32,000 bases of DNA from Nitrosopumilus maritimus SCM1 (GTDB lineage Archaea; Thermoproteota; Nitrososphaeria; Nitrososphaerales; Nitrosopumilaceae), in the NCBI RefSeq assembly GCF_000018465.1, contig NC_010085.1, positions 990,001-1,022,000 of the forward strand. The letters run 5' to 3'. Below are positions 8,715-15,415 of this stretch, piece by piece. How positions within the stretch are numbered: position 1 is the stretch's first letter; every line of letters begins with the position of its first letter. A program made the position numbers and the translations under genes. Below the pieces are notes generated by a model, which was given only the letters and a program-made list of their open reading frames with translations, ran no database searches and was not told where the DNA came from.

Positions 8715-9185
8715 ATTTTGTAACTGTTGTTCTTTCTTTAGTTTTAGAGCAGTAAATCCAGCAAATCCAAAAATTATTGCCAACCCGACATATGCTAATA
8801 CTTGGCTATACTCTATGAGAACTGCAGACACTCCAGTTCCAACAACACTTGGAAGTAAAGACAATACATAGAGCCACCAACCACAACAACCAAGTGGAAC
8901 TAGAGAGAAAAATGAAAAGAAGGATGTTGCAGCAGTACTGCCAGAGTTTCCACCAAATGCTTTTCTTTTAACATCTAGTTTGCATCCAAGCAGTTTACTT
9001 TTTTCAGACAAAAACACTTGAAGACCAATTCCAACTCCCATACCAATTATCACAATAGAGTTTAGTTGAAATGCAGCACTGATTGCAGCATAGGGTTCTA
9101 GGGCAGGAGTAGTTGCCACTACCACTGTCAAGTAGAGTGTAACGGTAATTATTCCAACAATAGTTGCTTTTTGAATAGGTTTCAT
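8697..9185 (-). CDS. Small integral membrane protein (4-5 TM) with a vicinal Cys pair inside a TM helix.
   Basis: 162 aa and hydrophobic. Contains the motif SLVPLGCCGWWLYVLSLLP and an extra loop Cys (LLGCK). Its ATG overlaps the stop of the upstream DUF3179 gene in an ATGA junction (9182-9185). Confidence 0.65.
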   Translation of the reverse strand: MKPIQKATIVGIITVTLYLTVVVATTPALEPYAAISAAFQLNSIVIIGMGVGIGLQVFLSEKSKLLGCKLDVKRKAFGGNSGSTAATSFFSFFSLVPLGCCGWWLYVLSLLPSVVGTGVSAVLIEYSQVLAYVGLAIIFGFAGFTALKLKKEQQLQNSLELN

Positions 9186-10309
9186 GATACATCACCATAA
9201 ACTAGAGTTTTAGGATGAAATGCGACCCATTCAAACCAAAATCCAGGCTCAATTGGGAGTCTTTCTAGTTGTTTTCCCTCATAATAGCCAGATTTTGCCA
9301 ATCCATCATAACTCCACTCAGAGTTTGTTTGAGAATCGATTATCTTTCCATCAAAATATTCAAAATCTAAAATTTCTCCATCAACTACTCTATCAAATGC
9401 GCGAGAGTTTTCAGAAAATAAAGACACTAACAAAATAGAAGTACTTCCAACTGAATCATTTATCACTATTTGAGATTCAATGTCGTTTTGTTTGTAAGCT
9501 TTGTAAATTCCATCTAAATTAAAGCCAACGATAATTTCTTTTGGATGCATTCTGTCATCTCTATACTCTACAGGAAACATTATTCGAGGTTCTGCGTAAT
9601 AATTTCCATAAGGATCAGTTGCATAAGATCTTAGATGACCAGTGTCAGTAGTTAGTACCAAAGTATCTGGATGTAATTTTTTCCAATCACCCCAAGTAAT
9701 TACATCAAAAGGAACCAAGTCAAGTTGATATCCAGACAATTCTCCTTTTACTGCAATCCCAAGTGCTTGACTCCAATAGGATTCAGTCAGTCTATCATAC
9801 ATTAACAAATTACTGTTGTATAATTTTCCAGATGTTCCAAACTCTACTTCTTGTCCATCAATTACTCTTTCAAAGACTTGATTAGTATAACACAGTGGAC
9901 AATAAGTTACAGATACTGGAAGCCCACCAACTTTGTCATTTACGATTTCATGCCAAACCAAAATGAATAATGGATATGCTTTTGCCTGACCGTTAATTTC
10001 CAAACCAATCACAGTATCTGAATCAGACATGAATTGAGAGTCTGAAATGTCAGCAAATATGGGATTATCAATTGAAGGAATTCCATCTTTTGGAGGACCA
10101 CCACCTTTGATCTTATCTAAGGGAATCAGATGTTTGATGCCATCAGTCTCCATCATTTGAAATTCAGATATTCCAGTTTCAGGCACCACAACAGAGGATG
10201 ACGTAGGTGTGATTGTTGTGTAGGGTCTAGAGTCCTCAGACAAGAACAAACCTAAACCTACAAGTGCAATACCTATAGCTACTGCTGGAGCAAGAATCTT
10301 GGCATTCAA
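9182..10309 (-). CDS. Exported or membrane-anchored DUF3179-family protein.
   Basis: 375 aa with an N-terminal hydrophobic anchor (AVAIGIALVGLGLFL). Family hallmarks as I recall them: KDGIPSIDNPIF, AYPLFILVWHEIVND, VSVTYCPLCYT, GTSGKLYNSNLLMYDRLTESYWSQ. Confidence 0.8.
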   Translation of the reverse strand: MNAKILAPAVAIGIALVGLGLFLSEDSRPYTTITPTSSSVVVPETGISEFQMMETDGIKHLIPLDKIKGGGPPKDGIPSIDNPIFADISDSQFMSDSDTVIGLEINGQAKAYPLFILVWHEIVNDKVGGLPVSVTYCPLCYTNQVFERVIDGQEVEFGTSGKLYNSNLLMYDRLTESYWSQALGIAVKGELSGYQLDLVPFDVITWGDWKKLHPDTLVLTTDTGHLRSYATDPYGNYYAEPRIMFPVEYRDDRMHPKEIIVGFNLDGIYKAYKQNDIESQIVINDSVGSTSILLVSLFSENSRAFDRVVDGEILDFEYFDGKIIDSQTNSEWSYDGLAKSGYYEGKQLERLPIEPGFWFEWVAFHPKTLVYGDVS

Positions 10310-10384
10310 TTTTGTAAGGATTTCTCCTCTAAATTATTAAAAAATTATTCCAACTTTTGGATAGGATTTGGACAAACCCTTTTA

Positions 10385-10831
10385 ATGATTTTTCAAAGGC
10401 CAGAATCAATGAATACAGAAGCAACCCTAAAGGGAAATGTATTACATGACATTACCCACTGGGGAATTAGCGCATCTATTGGTGTGACATTCATTGTTCA
10501 TAGCATAAAGAAATTTGATCCTGGATGGCAAGAGTGGTTAATTTCAATAGGAATTCCACCTGAGCTTCAATTACCAATTGCTCTAGCTGAATTTATTGGA
10601 GGAGTATTACTTGTTGTAGGAGTTCTGTCTAGAATTTCTGCCGTAATATTATCAGTAATTTTACTTGGAGCGATATTTCACATCAGGTGGGAAAATGGAT
10701 TTTTTGTTTCCAAAGGAGGATGGGAATGGGATTTAGTAATGCTAGCTGCAACACTTGCAATCATAGCAGCAGGGCCAGGTAGAATTTCAATATCTCATGT
10801 AGCAAAAAAGATTCCTAGATTCTTACAGTGA
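10385..10831 (+). CDS. DoxX-family membrane protein.
   Basis: 148 aa with 4 TM. AEFIGGVLLVVGVLSRISAVILSVILLGAIF is typical DoxX. The true start may be the internal ATG at 10409. The stop abuts the convergent DHH gene stop with zero spacing. Confidence 0.75.
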   Translation: MIFQRPESMNTEATLKGNVLHDITHWGISASIGVTFIVHSIKKFDPGWQEWLISIGIPPELQLPIALAEFIGGVLLVVGVLSRISAVILSVILLGAIFHIRWENGFFVSKGGWEWDLVMLAATLAIIAAGPGRISISHVAKKIPRFLQ

Positions 10832-11974
10832 TTACTTTATTTTTTTATTTAATTCTGTAATGAATTTTTTTATTTTCGGTTTTGGAATTACAGCGCCGCA
10901 TGCTCTATCATGTCCACCACCAGAACCACCAAGATCAGTTGCCAACAAATTAACAATTTTACCTAAATGTACTTTACAATTCTTAGAACCTCTAACAGAT
11001 ACAGCGTAAATTCCATGGTCTACTCTTTCTTTGTATGCAACACCAACATCCTTACCAGACAAACCCATTACAAAATTCACAGCACCACTAGCACCAGAAT
11101 CAAGAATCTCCATGTGTCCTAGATTTTTCATTGTTTTCATACCGGCTTTTACTTTGGCAATCATTTGTGAGAGTTTTTCAACTTGAATTTGTGCAAATTC
11201 AAAGGTGTTTGGAATATCATGAGGGAATTTGGATTCTGCTAGTTCTTCAACCAAGTACAAGAGATAGTCAGGTTCTTTTTGATGACCTACAATGTTGTAG
11301 GTTAGAACAGTAGCACTGATGAGTGCAAATTGTCTATCATACATTTGAAGTAGTTTAGAACCAAGTGGTCTATCCTCCATGTAATCAGTGATTGCAGCAC
11401 ATGTTGCAACAAAAGTAGCATGTTCGTTTAATTTTGATTTATAGGCATTGTAAACTTGAACAGTAGTACATTCGTTAATGTCGTGAATTACTTTGACTTT
11501 GAGTTTCTCTAATGATTTGACAACATTAGGATCAATGTCATGATGATCAATGTATGTAATTGAAACTTTATTTTTTCTCAGGGTTTTCATAATATCAATA
11601 AATTCATCTTGAGTTTTTTTGCTTAGACCTAAATCACAAATGTATAATGACTTTAATTTTTCATCAGTAACAACTTGTTGGAGTGCTTCCATTTGTCCAG
11701 GATAGTCAACTAAAATTGCATCACCGCCAAATGCTTGTCGAATTAATGCTGCAGAACTAATACCATCAGCATCTTCTTTGTGAGATATGCAAATTACTTT
11801 GGTACGATTTGATTTTGTTACTTTTTTAGTAGTTGTTTTTTTAGCAACTTTTTTGGTTGCAGTTTTTTTAGTTGTTTTTTTAACAACTTTTTTGGTTGTA
11901 GTTTTTTTAGTAGTTGTTTTTGTCTTTTTAGTTGTTGATTTCTTTGTAGCAGGTTTCTTTGTTGCGGCCAACAT
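10832..11974 (-). CDS. DHH/DHHA1-family phosphoesterase (NrnA/RecJ-like core) with an N-terminal Lys/Thr-rich low-complexity tail.
   Basis: 380 aa. DHH motifs HKEDADGISSAAL, ICDLG and IDHHD, plus the DHHA1 motif GGSGGGHDRACG. The first ~55 residues are KKTTTKK-type repeats. Confidence 0.8.
   Translation of the reverse strand: MLAATKKPATKKSTTKKTKTTTKKTTTKKVVKKTTKKTATKKVAKKTTTKKVTKSNRTKVICISHKEDADGISSAALIRQAFGGDAILVDYPGQMEALQQVVTDEKLKSLYICDLGLSKKTQDEFIDIMKTLRKNKVSITYIDHHDIDPNVVKSLEKLKVKVIHDINECTTVQVYNAYKSKLNEHATFVATCAAITDYMEDRPLGSKLLQMYDRQFALISATVLTYNIVGHQKEPDYLLYLVEELAESKFPHDIPNTFEFAQIQVEKLSQMIAKVKAGMKTMKNLGHMEILDSGASGAVNFVMGLSGKDVGVAYKERVDHGIYAVSVRGSKNCKVHLGKIVNLLATDLGGSGGGHDRACGAVIPKPKIKKFITELNKKIK
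11803..11974 (-). repeat. Imperfect in-frame tandem DNA repeats encoding the K/T-rich tail.
   Basis: On the + strand, a 27-nt core caacttttttggttg[c/t]agtttttttag occurs at 11845 and 11884 (39 nt = 13 codons apart). Degenerate copies flank both. Confidence 0.8.
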
Positions 11975-12016
11975 TAGGAAAAACTACAAACCCTCATTTA
12001 AATGAAGAATGAAATC

Positions 12017-12208
12017 TCAAGATTTTCTAGATGGGTTTTTGACGCTTTGATTTATCAGAGAACTTGAATCTAAATATACCTCATAAAGAGAGAGTCCTTC
12101 CATCTGATTTTGAGAATCAATTTCTTGAAGTTTTTTTAATTCTTCAGCAGATGCATTGAGAACCAAGTCATCAAGTTTTTGTAGATTTTTGCGTTCACTG
12201 GGAGTCAT
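12017..12208 (-). CDS. Hypothetical small helical protein.
   Basis: 63-aa ORF on the same strand as the DHH gene and 42 nt upstream of it. No recognisable motif. Confidence 0.35.
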   Translation of the reverse strand: MTPSERKNLQKLDDLVLNASAEELKKLQEIDSQNQMEGLSLYEVYLDSSSLINQSVKNPSRKS

Positions 12209-12246
12209 TTAATTTTTGATTAAAAATTCTCATTTAGGGCCAAAAG

Positions 12247-12270
12247 TTAGCATATTAGACTAAATGCTAA
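12247..12270. promoter_or_regulatory. Inverted repeat TTAGCAT-N10-ATGCTAA upstream of citrate synthase; possible operator.
   Basis: ttagcat at 12247-12253 and its exact reverse complement atgctaa at 12264-12270. It lies about 25 nt upstream of the putative TATA element. Confidence 0.3.
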
Positions 12271-12293
12271 ATTTCATAGACATAATTTTGGCG

Positions 12294-12305
12294 AAAATAT
12301 AATAG
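12294..12305 (+). promoter_or_regulatory. Putative archaeal TATA box for citrate synthase, with leaderless-type spacing.
   Basis: aaaatataatag is centred about 29 nt upstream of the ATG at 12328. Confidence 0.35.
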
Positions 12306-12327
12306 AAGAATTTCTGCTAGGCTCAGT

Positions 12328-13491
12328 ATGGAGACCAAAAATATTGGCTTGCGAGGAATTGAAGTCGCAGATACAAGAATTTCAAATATTGACGGTGAAA
12401 AAGGCAAATTAATCTACAGAGGATTTGACATTTTAGATCTTACAAAAAATTCAACATTTGAAGAGACAGCATATTTGCTGCTTTATGACAATCTACCAAC
12501 AAAGGCACAGTTAGATGAATTTAATCAAAAACTAGTTGAAGCACGATACATCCCAAAACAGATGCAAAAGAATATGGGAAATTGGAGAAAGGATGCAGAT
12601 CCAATGGACATGCTTCAGGCATTTGTCTCAGCACTGGCAGGATACTACGATGAGGAATTTTCAAACAAGGAAGCAAGTTATGAAAAAGCAATCAATCTAA
12701 TTGCCAAAGTTCCAACAATAATTGCAAGTTGGCAACGAATTAGAAATGGACTACCAATTGTAGACCCAGATTCATCTCTTAGTCATGCAGCAAATTTCCT
12801 TTACATGATGTCAGGAGAAAAACCAGATCCTGAAGTAGAGAAGGTTTTTGACGTGTGTCTAATTTTGCATGCAGACCACACATTCAATGCATCTACATTT
12901 ACAGCTAGACAAGTTGCATCAACAAGAGCTCACATGTATTCAGCATCAAGTGCAGCAATTGGTGCACTAAGTGGAGAACTACACGGAGGGGCAAACACCG
13001 AAGTCATGAAGATGTTACTAGAAATCAAAGAAATTGACAAAGTAGAACCATGGATTAAAGAAAAAATGAGTGCAGGTGAAAGAATTATGGGAATGGGTCA
13101 TGCAGTTTACAGAACATATGATCCTAGAGCACAAGTTCTAAAAGAGCTCTCAAGAAAACTTGCAGAAAAAACAAAAGAGCCATGGTTTGATATGACTGAA
13201 AAAGTTGAAACTACAACCATTTCTGAAATGAAAGCACAGAAAGGAAAAGACATCTATCCAAATGTCGATTTGTATAGTGCATCAATTTACTATATGTTAA
13301 AAATTCCAGTAGATTTGAACACACCAATATTTGCAATATCAAGAGTCGTAGGATGGGCAGCTCATATTATTGAAGAAAAGTTTGCAGAAGCTGCACCAAA
13401 ACCAGCATTGTATAGACCAAAAGCAACGTATGTTGGAAAGTATTGTGGTCCAGAAGGTTGTGAATACAAAACACTAGACTTGAGAAAATAA
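12328..13491 (+). CDS. gltA: Citrate synthase.
   Basis: 387 aa. Motifs LILHADH, LHGGANTEV and the citrate synthase signature GMGHAVYRTYDPRA. Confidence 0.95.
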   Translation: METKNIGLRGIEVADTRISNIDGEKGKLIYRGFDILDLTKNSTFEETAYLLLYDNLPTKAQLDEFNQKLVEARYIPKQMQKNMGNWRKDADPMDMLQAFVSALAGYYDEEFSNKEASYEKAINLIAKVPTIIASWQRIRNGLPIVDPDSSLSHAANFLYMMSGEKPDPEVEKVFDVCLILHADHTFNASTFTARQVASTRAHMYSASSAAIGALSGELHGGANTEVMKMLLEIKEIDKVEPWIKEKMSAGERIMGMGHAVYRTYDPRAQVLKELSRKLAEKTKEPWFDMTEKVETTTISEMKAQKGKDIYPNVDLYSASIYYMLKIPVDLNTPIFAISRVVGWAAHIIEEKFAEAAPKPALYRPKATYVGKYCGPEGCEYKTLDLRK

Positions 13492-13494
13492 TTT

Positions 13495-13788
13495 TTAATT
13501 TCTTGTACTAAGCCAATCTTTAGCTTTAGAATTTACATCATGCTTGTACAAGACTTCAAAGACCATATCATAAAATGTGATACCTTTCTTCTGTGCCTGT
13601 TCATCAAGCCACTTTATACCATCTGCTAGTTCAGGATCATACTCAGAGAACTCTACTAATTCATCCACCATTTTTGAAAAGAAGGCGTGAGATTCAAGCA
13701 TAACTACACCTTTCAATCTTTGATCATAAGTGAAGAATTCAAAATATATTGACAAAAAACCACTTTTTGGATGACAATTGGACCACAT
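13495..13788 (-). CDS. Hypothetical small protein. The real start is probably the internal ATG at 13701, giving 68 aa.
   Basis: 97-aa maximal ORF. The N-terminal 29 codons overlap the divergent gene and the shared TATA-like element. The MLESHAFFSKMVDELVEF... portion looks like a helical protein. Confidence 0.4.
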   Translation of the reverse strand: MWSNCHPKSGFLSIYFEFFTYDQRLKGVVMLESHAFFSKMVDELVEFSEYDPELADGIKWLDEQAQKKGITFYDMVFEVLYKHDVNSKAKDWLSTRN

Positions 13789-14125
13789 TTTTCATTTTGA
13801 CGGAGATAGTGAGAGAATCTCATGGAAAATCAAAACAGGAGATTCCATTTCAGAACAAAATCGTGAACATGTAGAAATGTACAAAGATAAAGTAACAAAT
13901 TTGCAATCAAAGTACATTGCATTTCATGTAGGCCTATTTTGGGCAATTGGAGTATTCATCATAAAAAATGAAGATAGTGTTAAAGTAAAATTCAACGAAA
14001 AAGCAATGTTTGAACATTTCAAATTTAACAAAGAAATTGATGATGAGTTTATCAAAAATAGAATGCGATTTATCAAACAATTAATTTCTCAAAGAAAATT
14101 AAAAATGGAATTTGAGTTAATTTAA
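13778..14125 (+). CDS. Hypothetical protein with a possible degenerate RNase H-like fold (very tentative).
   Basis: 115-aa ORF with a TTG start 25 nt downstream of aaaatatatt. Pattern FDGD...TNLQSKYIAFHVGLFWAI...VKVKFNEKAMFEHF; see findings. Confidence 0.4.
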   Translation: MDHIFHFDGDSERISWKIKTGDSISEQNREHVEMYKDKVTNLQSKYIAFHVGLFWAIGVFIIKNEDSVKVKFNEKAMFEHFKFNKEIDDEFIKNRMRFIKQLISQRKLKMEFELI

Positions 14126-14310
14126 TCACACAAAAATTCAAAGGCAAAAGAGCTTAAGACCAAAAACGGTTAGTTACATGGTGACAGCTCAGTTGCTTTG
14201 TATGATAGCATTACAGTACAGAATCATAAAAGAAAGAATTGTTCAACTTCATTGACAACAATCAATGTCGCATTAGAGCGATCATATGTAATTTTCAATG
14301 AATTTTTAGA

Positions 14311-14395
14311 AAATTTGAAAAAATTTGAAAATTTTACAGAAATCAAATCTCATGAAAGAAAAAAACATGAAAAATGTCATTATGAAAGTAAGAAA
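14311..14395 (+). repeat. Short direct repeats in the long intergenic region upstream of the blue-copper gene.
   Basis: aaatttgaaa occurs twice in perfect tandem at 14311-14330. [c/t]atgaaa recurs at 14351, 14366 and 14381, a 15-nt period. Confidence 0.5.
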
Positions 14396-14404
14396 GAAGA
14401 TTAG

Positions 14405-14413
14405 ATTTATTTA
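14405..14413 (+). promoter_or_regulatory. Putative TATA box for the blue-copper protein gene.
   Basis: atttattta is centred about 30 nt upstream of the ATG at 14439. Confidence 0.35.
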
Positions 14414-14438
14414 CCATATAGAGAGTGACTGATCAACT

Positions 14439-15395
14439 ATGGCAGGTATAGACAAGGCTGCAATTGGATTTTCAATCGCAATTGTAGCTATAGGAGTTGC
14501 ATTTGCCATGTATGGCGATGCAGCTCAAAATGCCGGTCCCAGTGTTTCAACTCCAGCTGTAAGAACTACAGCACCTGAACCACAAATGGAAGAACCAGTT
14601 CAAGCTGATCCATTTGCAGATCTTGCAGATGAAGTAAAGGCAGCTTCCGAAAAACCAAAGAAATCTGGTTGGGAGAGAGCCACATCTGTACAAGACCCAG
14701 GTATAGGACATGAGGAACACCAACTTGCAGTGCTATTGGCACCAAGTGAGAACACATATTCAGGTACACTTCTCTACGATGCATCTGAAAATATTCAATT
14801 GGTTTCACTTAGAGGACCAATCGGAGATGATGAAAACCCATCAAAGATTTGGACTCCAGACGGTGAAACAAGATTTGAATTAACACTTGTTGACCCAAAG
14901 AATGCAAAAGGAGAATGGGAATTTTCCGGTAATGCTTTAGCAGTTCACACATTCTATACTAACACATTCGTAGTTGATTACAAGATATTAGATCTAGTAG
15001 AAACAGAACCAATGGTTATGGAAGCTGAGGATGAAATGCATGTAGAAGATGAAATGCATGTAGAAGAAACTCATGAAGAAGAACCAGCAGGTCCAATGAC
15101 TCACACAGTCGATATGCCAGCAGGTACTTCAGTTCCAGGTTGTGAAGAAACTAACGAATGTTACATTCCAGCAAACATCACAATCAATGCTGGAGATACA
15201 GTAGAATTTGTCAATAGCGACACCGCTGCACACACAGTTACCGGTGGCAGTCCAGCAGATGGACCATCTGGTGTCTTTGATAGCAGCTTAGTTATGGGAG
15301 GAGCATCTTATTCATTCACATTTGAAGATGCAGGAACCTATGATTACTTCTGTATGGTACATCCTTGGATGGTTGGTAGTGTTACAGTGAACTAA
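14439..15395 (+). CDS. Membrane-anchored blue (type 1) copper protein: plastocyanin/amicyanin-like C-terminal cupredoxin domain plus an unknown middle domain.
   Basis: 318 aa with an N-terminal TM (AAIGFSIAIVAIGVAFAMY). The C-terminal domain has the T1 Cu ligand pattern H (AAHTVTGG)...C-x2-H-x2-M (YFCMVHPWMVG). Confidence 0.85.
   Translation: MAGIDKAAIGFSIAIVAIGVAFAMYGDAAQNAGPSVSTPAVRTTAPEPQMEEPVQADPFADLADEVKAASEKPKKSGWERATSVQDPGIGHEEHQLAVLLAPSENTYSGTLLYDASENIQLVSLRGPIGDDENPSKIWTPDGETRFELTLVDPKNAKGEWEFSGNALAVHTFYTNTFVVDYKILDLVETEPMVMEAEDEMHVEDEMHVEETHEEEPAGPMTHTVDMPAGTSVPGCEETNECYIPANITINAGDTVEFVNSDTAAHTVTGGSPADGPSGVFDSSLVMGGASYSFTFEDAGTYDYFCMVHPWMVGSVTVN
15030..15065 (+). repeat. Perfect 2 x 18-nt tandem duplication encoding DEMHVE-DEMHVE.
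   Basis: gatgaaatgcatgtagaa at 15030-15047 is repeated exactly at 15048-15065. Confidence 0.9.
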
Positions 15396-15400
15396 ACCAA

Positions 15401-15415
15401 ATTTTTTCTTTTTTC
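15401..15415 (+). terminator. Oligo-T tract, the likely archaeal terminator of the blue-copper gene.
   Basis: attttttcttttttc begins 6 nt after the TAA stop at 15393-15395. Confidence 0.4.

Noticed and set aside
9004-9198. 64-aa Cys/Trp/Tyr/Asn-rich ORF in another minus-strand frame across the DUF3179/membrane-protein junction.
   Set aside because: It is out of frame with, and embedded in, the well-behaved hydrophobic 162-aa ORF. Its composition is typical of an off-frame reading.
10829-10834. Zero-nt spacing between the convergent DoxX and DHH stop codons, and the many 4-18 nt gene overlaps elsewhere.
   Set aside because: This is consistent with general genome streamlining in this lineage and is not a specific signal on its own.
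11787-12005. 72-aa F/V/L-rich plus-strand ORF that looks like a membrane peptide.
   Set aside because: It is the antisense mirror of the K/T-rich repeat tail of the DHH gene: AAA/ACN codons read as TTT/NGT on the other strand. It is an artefact of the repeat composition.
13702-13788. N-terminal 29-codon extension of the 97-aa minus-strand ORF, which overlaps the divergent 115-aa ORF.
   Set aside because: The extension (MWSNCHPKSGFLSIYFEFFTYDQRLKGVV) covers the shared promoter-like A/T element and overlaps the neighbouring start. The internal ATG at 13701 is the more plausible start.
14198-14404. 68-codon ORF in the long intergenic region, considered as a possible small CDS.
   Set aside because: It has only a TTG start, no evident promoter spacing, and a K/E/H-rich tail that coincides with DNA-level direct repeats. 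I kept it as part of a finding but did not call it as a feature.
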